From: Fistulifera solaris
Taxonomy: Eukaryota
Direction of reading: 5' to 3'
NCBI GenBank assembly: GCA_030295235.1
Contig: AP026127.1
Span: 868,001 to 932,000, forward strand
DNA length: 64,000 nt
Shown: positions 22,572 to 34,728 of the stretch, piece after piece
Layout of the letters: each line of letters starts with the position of its first letter
Position numbering within the stretch: the stretch's first letter is position 1
Translations under genes and position numbers: made by a program
Notes under the pieces: model-generated
Told to the model about the DNA's origin: nothing
Database searches by the model: none
What the model saw: only the letters and a program-made list of their open reading frames with translations

Positions 22572-23805
22572 TGACGGTGATGCTATGCAATATTATCATC
22601 ATTCAAAATAACGCAATGTATCGTTTCTTGGATACGAAAAGCTTTCGCATCGATGATGGGCAAATTCACTATAGGATCAAAGTGATGGTTTACCCTATCC
22701 TTGACTGAACTTGAGTCACGATCGAAATACGAAAATAAATACGGAGTAATGAAACGGCAACAATGAAGTCCACAAATGCTAGCATTAAGTGTATGATCAA
22801 TTGTATTGGTATTGACGGTGATGTTACAAAATATAATCATCATTCAAAACGTAATGTATCGTTTCTTGGATCCGAAAAGCTTTCGCATCGATTACCGGCA
22901 AATTCACTACAAGTATAGGATCAAAGTGATGGTTTACGCTATCCTTGACTGAACTTGAGTCACGATCGAAATACGAAAATAGATGAAACGGCAACAATGA
23001 ACTCCACAAATGCTAGCATTAAATGAATGATCAATTGTATTGGTATTGACGGTGATGTTACGAAATATCATCATCATCATTCAAAACGCAATGTATCGTT
23101 CCTTGGATCCGAAAAGCTTTCGCATCGATTACCGGCAAATTCACTACAAGTATAGGATCAAAGTGATGGTTTACGCTATCCTTGACTGAACTTGAGTCAC
23201 GATCGAAATACGAAAATAAATGAAACGGCAACAATGAACTCCACAAATGCTGTTGAAAATACTACTCGGAGTAACGTACTGTGGAATCGAACCACAGAGC
23301 CAACCCAATCACGTCGTATTTCTACCCCGATCCATGATATATAAGCCACTCTGATTGACGTCCAGACCCTCAATCTGACATCCTCCCTGGCCTTATACTA
23401 CTATCATGATCGTACTGTTTTTGCCCTTCAGCCTCCTCACTTGAGACCGCTTCAAGCCCTATTCTTTTATCCTCCCGGCTTCACAGGAGTCGGCAACAAA
23501 CTCACTCCGCCAGGGTTCGAACCCTGTGCGTTACCATGTTGAAAATACTAACGTACTGTGGAATCGAACCACAGAGCCAACCCAATCACGTCGTATTTCT
23601 ACCCCGATCCATGATATATAAGCCACTCTGATTGACGTCCAGACCCTCAATCTGACAAAATGCTAGCATTAATTAAGTGTATGATCAATTGTATTGGTAT
23701 TGACGGTGATGTTACGAAATATCATCATTATCATTCAAAACGTAATGTATCGTTTCTTGGATTCGAAAAGCTTTCGCATCGATGATGGGCAAATTCACTA
23801 CAGGA
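22572..23805. repeat. ~235-241 bp tandem satellite (about 3.5 units), interrupted by a TRIM
   Basis: TGACGGTGATG unit starts at 22572, 22813, 23047 and 23701; units are highly similar and AT-rich. Confidence 0.95.
23251..23657 (-). mobile_element. TRIM-type non-autonomous LTR retrotransposon (407 bp)
   Basis: Direct repeats 23251-23380 and 23537-23657 with TGT...ACA ends, identical except a 9-bp insertion. Target duplication AAATGC (23245-23250 / 23658-23663). On the minus strand a PBS-like TGGTAACGCAC follows the 5' LTR and a purine-rich GGCCAGGGAGGA precedes the 3' LTR. Confidence 0.92.
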
Positions 23806-24019
23806 CAAAAGTGTGTTTCGGTGCTGCTAAACCCAGAACGAAATTTCTCCTAAAAAACTAAGCGGCGAATTAAAGATGAAAAAGGTTAAAAACTTAGTAG
23901 ACTGAAGAGTATTAGGAATTGAAAAGACCAATGTCAGCAAAATCCTACTACCAAACCAGCCAGAAAAAAGAAAATGTATGCGTGCGTGAGAATAGCATCA
24001 GAACTCTTGTCACCAAATC

Positions 24020-24926
24020 TTAATCATTCCAGCACTTTCCCGTGGGATAGATGACATTGAGACTGGATTGAGCGGCCATGAAGCCAAGAGATGTGGAAGT
24101 ACCGGCAATCGCACACCCAACGAGATCGGGTGTTCCGTCTTGAATGCCGACGACATCCAACAAGAAATTCTGTTCCGGTAGGTAAGCTGCGTCCGTTCCG
24201 ACAAAGAAACCTGTAGCTCCTCCAATGGCGACCGACAGACTGGCATCATTCTTGCTGTTCGCATACGTGGGCTCTTCAATGCCCTCCAACGCCCCCGAAA
24301 GGAGCGTTCGGGCGACACGCAATCCACCGTAGAATGCTACACCACAGCCAATCCAGGTCCCCAAGAAGACTTGTTGAAAAGGCAAGTTGGCTCCTTGCAA
24401 CGCATTGACAATGGGTTGCCATGCCGTCCCCGGAACAAAAGGCCGCCGAACCGAGCAAGATTCCCGTATGCAGTTCGTTGGTGAGATTCAAGCCCGAATC
24501 TTTCGTCAGAGCTTTTTTGGCCGAATAGTACGTCATATGACCCAAGCAGACACCGACGGCATCGCCCAGACCCGTCGATAGGGCGAAATTCAACGAATCT
24601 CCCGCAAATCCTTGTTGCGCCGCAACGATGCTCGCCGTTTGCCAGCCAAAGCCGGCGGGAAAGATTTTACTGACGGTTACTTCGGCCGTGACAATGAAGC
24701 GATCGACGAGGGAACTTCGAGTGACCGTTACGGGAGCAGCGGAAGAATCAATGACTTGCGATGCTTTCGGAACACTGCTGTGGACTTGGCGGCGGGAGAG
24801 TTTGTTCGCCTTACTATCGGCTTCCTCCTTTTTCGAAGGACGAATCGCACACGACGAAACGGGACGAATCGCCAGGAAGCGAGGAGGCACTGTCAAAGTG
24901 CGACGTGTAATCGATGAGACGAGCAT
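24020..24926 (-). CDS. Hypothetical multi-pass membrane protein with mitochondrial-type presequence; frameshift near 24430
   Basis: Arg/Ser-rich N-terminus MLVSSITRRT...; Gly/Ala-rich helices (SKIFPAGFGWQ, GGATGFFVGTD); two overlapping ORFs. Confidence 0.7.
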
Positions 24927-25430
24927 GTTATTAGCGTGTTTAGTAATGAAAGAGATTCGATGAGTGATGTTTGCAACAGACAAGAGAGGGGTCTTTTTCT
25001 CCTTGCTTTCAAGTCACATTTTTTGCGGGCAAACGAAAAAAGAATTGTTTCGTCTTGATGACGACGGAAGTTGCAGTCTTGCTTCCTTTCTCATTCCAAG
25101 AAGTTTGAAAAGAACTGTGCGCTTAAAGTGTACACAAGAAAATGACACACGCCACGTCGATCTCGTGATTCAGCAGTCATGAGTAGCCTGCGAATTCTCA
25201 ATTCCGATCCATTCAGTACCAGTGAAAACACGTTTGGACGTCATGTTAACACCTAGGTACACTTTGAGACAGTGTACGCACATCCACAAGACTTACGTCA
25301 TCGGATCAACATCGGATCGGAACAAAAAAATGAAGCCGTCAAGCACCACTGGCCACTGGCTGCGTTTTCTGTTTTCTCATTATTCTCTATTTCTTACATC
25401 ATCCACGAAATACCCTTCATCAGCATCACA

Positions 25431-25931
25431 ATGCTTTCCTTCACGGCTCGAAAGCACACTCGCCGTGTCTTGGCTCGTTCGGCACGCTTTCTTTCGTCGG
25501 GCGCGACCAATGCCGAACAGCCCAGTCTTCTGCAACACGTTTATGTCCATCACGTCAGCCAAACCGTCCTCCAGCATATGCAAGACAAACAATCGGCTTG
25601 GCTTTGTCGTCATGGACTGGATCGCGGACTGCAATTGGCTTCGAATGGGACGTTTTGTTTGTCCTTCCCTTCGCGACCGGGTTATGACGCCGATCGAGTG
25701 TGGACATGGTACGATCCGGTGCAGAAGCAGCACTGGCTGTCGGTGTATCGGCATCACAAAATCATCGGTCGTTTTCTTCTGTTCGACAGTCGTAATACTC
25801 TGCAAACAAATCAACCTCTTGTTATCATGGATGAAATGCGACGACAAATTGGTGATACGGTCGATCACATGATTACTTACATCGATGAGCATGACCGTAA
25901 AAGGGACAATGGTGGACAGGAAAACAAATGA
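25431..25931 (+). CDS. Hypothetical protein with mitochondrial-type presequence
   Basis: MLSFTARKHTRRVLARSARFLSS presequence followed by ~140 aa of globular-looking sequence. Confidence 0.6.
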   Translation: MLSFTARKHTRRVLARSARFLSSGATNAEQPSLLQHVYVHHVSQTVLQHMQDKQSAWLCRHGLDRGLQLASNGTFCLSFPSRPGYDADRVWTWYDPVQKQHWLSVYRHHKIIGRFLLFDSRNTLQTNQPLVIMDEMRRQIGDTVDHMITYIDEHDRKRDNGGQENK

Positions 25932-26483
25932 AGAAGTTAGACAAGCAAATGAATTCTACTTTCCCAAGGCCCTCTTCGATCGACGATCAATCACTAAAGG
26001 GCAGAACTTACGCTGCAATTTTTGCGTCTCACAATCGTCGACAAGATCGGAAACTGGTTCGTTCAACCGCCATTCTATATTTACTTGGCCGAAGAGCGAG
26101 CGTAAATGACGAGTTTTAGAAGCGGCGTATCTCAAAGTGATCGAAGAAAGGGGAGAGGAAAGAGGTTTACTTGGCTGTTGCTTCTATCTGATCACTTGGT
26201 AGCACCCAACTCGTACTTACCACAATCTCCGTTTTGACGAAAACAACGCAGAAGAACGCATACAGTTCTCGTTGGAGAGTAGACTTTGCCGACCCGCCAG
26301 TTACGTGTACAAAAACACAACAATGCGCTTCAAAAGTTATCTTTTCCAGGTGTTGGTGAAGGGCGCAGCTGATGGTTATATAAACAAGTGCGACGTTGCA
26401 GAAATATCGCTTCTACAGCTCTATCACGTTCCGTCGAATAGAGTAAAATTTGTTTCAGCTATGGTTATACGTATATTTGAACA

Positions 26484-29400
26484 TTACAACTTTTCTTTCG
26501 AAGCCCCACGTGTCAAGCGACTGGAAGCTCGAGCCACAAGATCTTCCTGACTCTTCTCGCTCAAATCGCCGTCCTCGTCATCGATCTGCTTTTCGACTTC
26601 CGCAAGAAAACCCTCATCATCGGACAAGGTGTCGCTGCGGAACATGCGTGAACGTAACGGGACATTGTCGGCATCTTGGATGTCATCCAAGCGTACCTGG
26701 TGATTGGCGTACTCCGCCGTGTACTTTTCAACCAGCTTCTCGACAACTTGGTGACCTTGAGCTTCCCACTCGGCGCGGTTCTTCTGGGCGTAGTTTAAGT
26801 ACTCGTCACTGGAAACACCAAAGACGCCGCATTCCTTCAACTTTTTGGCCAAGGGGATGATGTAGAAATCGAAGAAGCCGATCTCGCCATTGTACCAGAA
26901 CTCGGACGGGTCCTTCTCGGAACGTCCGTTGCGCCACGCATCGTACATTTCATGGAATAGACGTTCGTTCCACTTGCGGTAGATGTGCCAATGCTGCATG
27001 GTATGCGCGATATCGGAAGCTTGAATCAAGTGCTCGATGACGATCGTAGCCTTGCGGTTGTTGTTCTCGCGAGAATCGACCTGATTCTCTTCCGCAAAAG
27101 CTTTCTCCCAGCGTGCATTACGAAGCGCCTTGAGCTCCTTATCGACAATGTCGGTTGCCATAACGGAATTGACCACGAGCTCACGGAAGTGACGCATCTC
27201 TTCATCGGTCTCGCAAATCAAGTGACGGAGGTCTGTGTAATTCTTGTGCATCAGCAAGTCCCATGCAATGTCGACAGAGTTCTGCTCCGCAACCGACTTT
27301 CCGTCATATATTTTGGCGACTTCCGCGCCCTCCTTGACCAGTTGAGCATTGGGAACACCCGAATGGTCCGTATCGTGGATAAGCGCGGCAAATACACAAG
27401 CAAACTGGGTCAATGGGTCCGACGTAATGCCATAAGTGTGATCGTGAAGAGTAGCCGCATGGTCATGGTTGTTCGCGTTCTTCGAGTTCACATCAGGAGC
27501 GATGATTCGGCTGAGGAGTTTCACCACAGACATGGTAACGTGCGATGCATGCTCAAAGTTGTGGAATGGGTTGTCGCGATAGAAAGTTGCAACCAGCATC
27601 ACGTAGTCACGGAGTTGCTTCTGTGCCGCTTCTCCGAGATCGATACTTTGAGGATCCTCCTGGTACTGGGCAGCCAGCGGGTCGTATTCCGGGAGTTCGA
27701 TGATCTCTTTGACTTCGTCAATTACAGTGCCACCAGACTTTATTTCGAGTTTAGCTGGCGTACTACTCGACACTGTTCCTTTCAGCCTCTTGGTGGCATT
27801 GCGATGCGCAACAATCTGGCGAAGGAGACGAGCAAGCACGTCCGAGTTCCAGTCCACCAAGCGTCGCAGCTTGTCCTCGTCCATATCAGCTTTACTTTTG
27901 GCCTTCTCTTCTTTCTTGGCCGCCTTCTCTTGCTCCATTCTCTTGGCTTCTGTCGGACTGATGCTTTCTTCGGTTTGGCCATCCGATGCACTTGAACCAG
28001 TGGGGGCGATGGACGGAGCCTTAACTTCGAGCCAGTATGTTTGCATATCCCCCTTGACTTTTGTCCTGATAACATCTTCTCTTTTCTTGAGCCAGTGTCC
28101 CTTCCCAGCAGCTTCAAGAAGACTGGCGGTTTCGGTAGAAAGGTGAATGCGATTTCTTGAGCCAGAACTTTCGATCTTCGATGCTGTATTGACCGTGTCA
28201 CCGAACAGCTGGAACCGAGACTTGTCACCACGCAATACACCCGCGGTAACAGGTCCACTATGCAGTCCGATCCGCATAGAAAGATCACCTGTATCAGGTC
28301 CAAGTGTCAGCTCGAGTTTCTTGGTTAGATCATTCATCCTGTGGAGACAGTCACGAGCAAAGCGAGCCATGACCACAGCATGGTCCTTACGAGCCTCGGG
28401 AAGGCCAGCAACTGCGACGTAACAATCACCAACTGTTTCGACCTTGAAGACCCGTCGGCTGCGCGCAATCTCGTCGAATGCATGGTACACAGTCTCAAGG
28501 AGTGAGAAGACTTGCGTTGGTTCTCGCACACTGGACCATGCAGTGAAGCCTGTAAAAATGAAATGTCAAAAATGAGTCGATTGCTAGGTTTGCGGATATT
28601 CTGGTCCAAATTGCAGCAGTGTACGCACCAACGATATCTGCAAACTGCGCACGCGAGAAATCAGTAATGGTTATTCAAGGGTGAGTCGACTGTGTTGTAA
28701 GTTGATGAGTCTGCTTCGAAGGTTATACAAGCAACGTACCATGACTGTCGCGTCGGGGAAGAGATCGGCAATGGGCTTGCTGTCGAACGCAGAGTTTCCG
28801 TTTTCGAGGACGTTGTCATCTTGAACAAAATCTTTGAGCTGGGCCTTAGCGCCAAATCCGAAACCCCTCTTGTGTTGTCTATCACCTTCATCTTGCTCTT
28901 CGGCGTCCTTCAAGATCCTGTCACGGACATTCGCCGGAAAGAGGGCTGTGACAATTTTATTTGTGCGGCGAGCAGCTTCCATTACCTTTCGTTGACGGAG
29001 AAGCACGAAGTAGTCATACAGAAGAAAGACTAGAGCCGTGAAAACGAAAACAGACACAACGACGACTGTGTAAACGACGGGTTTGTTTGAGTGATATTCC
29101 TCCTCGAAGATCGAAGTTGGGTATACATGAATCATGTAGTTGCAGCTTTCTTCAGTATGCGCCGATATTGAATGATCACCAAATTCAACCGCAAAGCCCA
29201 TGTAATCATAGTCGGGGTCATGGTGGTCTCCGTACCCAACAAAAGTAGCGACTGGTCCGTTGATACTGTAAGTGAAATGCTGATTACATGTGTTCTCCAT
29301 CACAATGTCGATGCCATTCACTCCCTCCGGAATCATGTCCAAGAGGAGCTGATCAAATGGTAAGACAGTGATTAGGGAAGCAACAATGTCCTCCGACTTG

Positions 29401-30378
29401 TAGCTTCCGTTGTTGTCAACAAACGATCCGAACACCGGGTGAAGGACGTAAGTGTGAGGGTGCTCAGAGTCATCTTCAATAGCACCCTCGTAAATGAACG
29501 ACAAATCAGTGGCTTCGGAAAAGACGGGCTGAACACTGTTCCACATGGTACTGAACAAGCGCTGAAGAATTGGGTGCGACAGAATGTCGTAGTTCACAAT
29601 TTGTGTGTCATGAGGGGCAGGGCTTTGCTGCCATATGGGAGCAAAGTAGTTCACACCACCGAGATTGGTGCCTTCACTGTTTTGAACAACACTAGTTCCT
29701 GAGTCACCTTCGGCGAAACGCCAAAGGAAATCTTCGATTGAATCGCTTTTCTCTTCAGTGTTATCGGTGAGCTCGCGCTCCATGGCAACAGCTAGGCCCT
29801 CGTCGATCCATTCTTCATTCTGCTGAGCGTAAATCTCCCATTCCTGCTTCTGATCCGCACGAACCAGAGGAGCAAGGGAGACTTGCAAAGACTTTGACAA
29901 GATATTGTTATGGAATCCTCGAAGTTCAAAATCTGGAACGGTTACATCAGGCCACACAGCTGATGAGCTAAGCGCAAAGGTGGTGATAGCAACTGAGAGA
30001 CTATTTGCAGCTGCGAGCGCGCTATTGGCTTCTTGGTTTATAATATCGACAATTTCAACTGCGTATTCTCCAAACTGAAAAGCGACGATAGTGTTAGCGA
30101 CACCATAATGGAATGTTTTCTCATAGTTAGAAATACTGAAGACTTACCTGTGTCTCGAAGTCGTCTTCCTCCTGGTTTCTTGCAAATACGAAAGTAAGGC
30201 TTCCAACAAGTACGGCTGCAACAAAGATGACACCAGCCACAATATATTTGGACCGGGTTACGCGTCGCGTCTCAGACCTTGCAAATGACGACGACCCTGT
30301 ACTGGCATGTGAGACGGAAAGCTCACCAGTTTCCATGCTTTTGGTATTCATATCATCATCTTCATCGTGAAAAGTCAT
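26484..30378 (-). CDS. Receptor-type nucleotide cyclase-phosphodiesterase fusion (TM, CHASE-like sensor, TM, class III cyclase, HD-type PDE); 4 exons: 30378-30148, 30074-28740, 28644-28629, 28549-26484
   Basis: GT-AG introns. Splicing gives TVM-FADIVG-FTAWSS; also FKVETVGDCY, RIGLHSGPVTAGV, FQLFGDTVNTAS and PDE motifs NPFHNFEHASHV, IHDTDH, MATDI, QASDIAH. Confidence 0.92.
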
Positions 30379-31396
30379 GGTTGATCAAAGATGCAAAGCT
30401 TTGTTTATTCTTTCCGATGCAGTGGTCTAATGAAAAGGAAGGGAAAAAACAAAAATGTGTGAGAAGAAGTTGCCAACCGTTTGTCGGGGATGCAAAACGA
30501 AGAGACGATGCATTACCAGTACCAGGTATTTTCGTGACCTTTGTGCCAGCGAAAGAAGACCCAAGGAACCTTCAAAGAAGCTTACTTTAGAGTTCATTGT
30601 AGTTTATGACCAAATAGTGTCTCATGTTTTAGATGATGGAAATAAGAGTTGCCACAACGAAAAATCGAAGGGTAAGTTGCTATATTCACTTATAGTACAA
30701 AAAATAGAAATTCTGTTGAAGTACGGAGTCGCGAAGGCCGAGACTACTAAAGTTCCAAGTTTTTCCAACTTCCAATTTCTAAGAAAGAAGGATGAAGAAC
30801 GAGCACGATCGTAAACTGAGAACTGAGACTTCCCCCAAACTCATTTTATTAGTCGCAACGTGGTCTCACACTTAAATAGAAAACAAGAATACGACTTTAC
30901 GACGTTTGATCCATAGAATCCGCAAATGAATTCGCATTTTGACCCTCGAATTTTTGGTCCTGTTTCCTGTTGCTCGTGTCTCGTGTCTCGTCTCTGATTT
31001 GTGATTTTCCCATTTCCGACTAACAAAAATACCTCTTTCTGTACGTAGAGTCTGGAGTAAAAGAAGGGGAAGGAAGCATCTCCTTCTCCGTTCTCCGGCT
31101 ATTGTTGGTCGTTGGCCAATGGCACACATGGAAGAGGACAGAGGACTCGTCGCGACAAAAGACTAGAGACATCGAACAGAACTAGAGTGAAGGTAAACTT
31201 AAATCTGTTCTCCATCTTCACTAAAAAACAACTATGGAGTATCAGGAATTAGGTGCGAAAAAGACATTCTAAGCAGCAGAGCTTCACTTTTTAGTCGTCT
31301 GCCAAGTTCCAAGCATAATGCCTCAAAGACGAATAAGCGCTTTGTAGCCACTGCAGGTCATTCCTAGCATTTAGCCGACTTTTGATTGACTCGACT

Positions 31397-32278
31397 TCAC
31401 TCAAACAAATAACCGGATATAGCAAAGTCTCCATTTCCAGCCTGTCGGTCGTATATGATTTGAGGCGATCCTCCAGCGGCGGCCGTAACCAACAATGGCA
31501 TAAGATGCTCTTCTCGTGGATGCGCGAAACGAGCCGATGGAGCATTCTTCCAATCACGTAACTTTTCCACTGGGTTTGCCATTACAGCGTCTTTCAGCCA
31601 GTTGTTGAAGTCGTTGGATTTCTTATACGACGCTTCGTCTGGATTGCGCATCGCATCGAAATTGTGGAATGCAAAACCGGAGCCTAGCAGTAGTACGCCT
31701 AACAAATAACGACAGGGTGAGTTTCTTGAAATCGACGCACTTGCTTTTTGCCGTTTATATCATGACGTACCTTGGTCTTGTAATGGAGCCAATGCATTGC
31801 CGAGTGCGAGATGAATATCGGGAGATAACGAGCTGTGCAAGGATACACAAACCACGGGAATATCGGCATCCGGATACATGAGCATGAGAGGAACGAAAGC
31901 GCCGTGATCAAGTCCACGTTTCGCATCCAGTTGGCTTTCAATACCTTTTTCCGAAAGGAGATTTTGAATTTGTCGAGCGAGCTCTGGATTTCCGGGTGCT
32001 GGGTATTTGAATTCATACGTTTCGGGCGGGAACCCATAGTAATCAAAGTACATGCTCGGCTTGGCGGAGGACGTGATCGCAATCGGGTTGGCTTCGTGGT
32101 GTGCGGAAATCACCACGATCGCACGCGGCTTTTCGGTGATGTATTTTGTGACACTTTCCTGCAAGTGATGGGCGATCATGGGCTGTCGCCCCATCAGAGG
32201 CATGGGGCCACCGCCGTGATTTACAAATAGAGCAGGCATTCTCATCATTGGTTCATTTAATGAGCAGACTTCTGACAT
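31397..32278 (-). CDS. 4,5-DOPA dioxygenase-like extradiol ring-cleavage dioxygenase (LigB family); intron 31699-31770
   Basis: FVNHGGGPMP, VISAH, YFDYYGFPPETYEFKYPAPG, RGLDHGAFVPLMLMYPDADIPVV, GSGFAFHN, AHPREEHLMPL. Confidence 0.92.
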
Positions 32279-32746
32279 GGTAACTGCGATATCGACAATA
32301 GATGAAATGACAAGCAGCTTTTTCGTTTTGTTTTCCTCTTGTTTCGAACGTGTCGCAGGTTTTTCCGGCCTCACTTCCAATTGCATCCAAGATGTTCTAC
32401 GTAGTAGCATTCGTTATTCGATGTCATAGTATGAGTGCCGGTAAGGCACAATGTCTGTTTCGTGGATAGGGATAGCCGTTACTTCACACGCTACAGTATG
32501 AACAAAATCTCCTCCGAAATGATTATTCTTTGCCCGCGCCTGATGCTTTCCCTTTTTGCACAAGAAGATCACACTTGCTGTTGACACATTCCTATTGCCG
32601 TTGTGAATGGTAAATGAATGATTCACACATCCACCAAATAATGACTGCTTCCAACAAAAGATCTGTTACAGGTCACTGAGCTGATGGCTTATAAAATTAT
32701 GCTGCTCGTTGCAATCACTCATCGCTGCAATCAAAAGACTACGACA

Positions 32747-34368
32747 ATGAACGGTCCTCTACTCGAACTCATTTCCAAGGAAAACATGACGCCGCGACAA
32801 AAGGCGCTCCTCCCGGCTATCTACAGAGGCAGACTGCCAATGTACAGGTTGTTGCGGGAGCCGACACATCTGGATGAATTCGATTGGGAGAACAATCAAA
32901 ACGCGATGCTGTGGTTCGAAAACGGATCGCTTCTTTGTTGGTACCGGGCCGCTTCGTTCTTCGAAGAGCACGATTACTGTTTTATGATCTCTGATGCGGA
33001 CGAATCATCGCATAAGTTCTTTCTCGAGTGCGCTGTTCATGGCGAATCGGAAGCCAAGATTCTAGAAACCGTCACGTTCCTGTGGTCACTCCAACAACTG
33101 GAAGGAAGTCGGACACGGTTGACCGTTTCGCAGTCATCGGTGGACGACGCGGATTACGAGTTTAATTTTGCTACACTTCAACCCGAACAACTCGCCCGTA
33201 TCCTTGACGCGAATCCGTCGCGCCGATTCTTTTTAGTCAGGGACTTTGGAGCCCGGAGCAAGCCGTCGTTCTCACATCGCGCCCGAACACTACAGATCTG
33301 TGCATTATTGACGGCTGCTTTGAAAATGTCGCATTTGCATTCGAAGACGATGGAACGGCCTTTGTACGCGAGTTGGAAAAGCGGAAGTCATCTTTCGGTA
33401 CTCTCTGCATCGACGTGGACGAAGGCAAGATTCCCTTTAGCCGGACGAACTTTCGACGTCTGTTTGAACTCGATGTAATTGACAAGCTCGAAATCGGTAT
33501 TCTTGTCAAGGAATTAGTACTACTTCCCTTCTCCGCAAAGGCCAAAGCTGTATCTTACAAGATTCGCTCCGACTCTATGCAGCCAACAGAGTTCGAAGCA
33601 CTTGAAATTGTACCCAAAGATCTTCACATCAAATTCTACGTGGATGCCGCGGATAAGGAATGGGATGCGCTTCCGATTGCATTCCTGAATCGAGTGACTG
33701 CACTTGGCGACTTCGAGAAACTGTCCTTTCTAATCTTTCGACGGGGTCAGGGTCGGCAGCGGTTCCATGCCAAGAAAGTGGAACAAGTCGCGAAAGCGTT
33801 GCTTCGTGCCATCAATGCCAATCCGAACTTGCAGTATCTGAATGTGGGTTCCACCCTCTATGAAGACCCGAAGAGCTGCCTTCATTGGGACGTGCAGCCT
33901 CTTTTCAATGCCGTTGCAGCACACCCGGGCATCAAAACGCTGGTCGTGGGAGACTATCCGTCGGGCAATGATCCAGCAAACTATTCCTTGCTCGAAGCAT
34001 TGCTCTCGCGCAACCGGAACCTTGTTGTTCTGGATCGTAAATGCAATAGGATCTCGAATGGAACAAGCGTCGACAAGCTGTACGCACTGAACGCCTTTTA
34101 CAATGGATCGGCTGCATTTGGGAAAGAGGCGGCAACCCTGCGTCAATCGCTGGTAGGGACGACAATGGTTGAAAGCGCATCGCGCAACTTCCAGTACACT
34201 TCTTTGTTGCTGTCAAAGAATACAGATGTCCTCTATGATTTGATGCAATGTTTGAATTTAGAGGATCTCGTTGCTTTGTCGGAGCAGACTGAGGTGCTTG
34301 CTGCTATTTCTCGCGAACCGACCGAACGCAAAACCAAAAAGACGCGGACAGGAAAGGAGAGTGCATAA
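32747..34368 (+). CDS. Lineage-expanded hypothetical protein (RNI/LRR-like C-terminus); frameshift near 33230-33243
   Basis: YRLLREPTHLD near the N-terminus and LYALNAFYNGSA...SASRNFQYTSLLLS near the C-terminus; clear paralogue of 36531-37976. Confidence 0.7.
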
Positions 34369-34728
34369 ATAATAAAATACTTTTTCTGTTTTTCAGACAT
34401 TCGAAGGTTTGTATAAAATATAAATCCTTGCCATTAGCCGTCGGATAGACAAACTACGAATATTTCCAGTTCGTCGAGGCGGTGCTGTCATAATACCCCC
34501 TCCCTGCTTGAATTTGTTGATTCCGAGACTCCTGCCATTTCCCTCTGTAGTAACAACCAGTTTCGTATATTGCACGAAGCGCTTTCGGGTATCAGCAGCA
34601 TCCTTTCAAACTATTATGAAGGCTTTGTGCTTCTGCGGCGTGCTAGTAATCTCTCCAATGCGTAGCGATTTACATCCTGCACTCCTTTTTCAGCTTATCT
34701 CTTTAGCTTGGTACAATTTTATTCGGAA

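Noticed and set aside
22583..23246. Three similar short minus-strand ORFs
   Set aside because: Translations of satellite units; indels between units do not preserve a common frame or start.
23490..23540. tRNA gene
   Set aside because: Only a T-loop-like palindrome and CCA end are present, with no D or anticodon arm; better explained as the TRIM primer-binding region.
26985..28422. Long plus-strand ORFs (336, 148 and 91 aa)
   Set aside because: Antisense shadows of the cyclase-PDE gene with no recognisable motifs; the same applies to most short ORFs overlapping called genes.
30968..30996. CTCGTGT micro-repeat
   Set aside because: Only about three short units; too little information to call.
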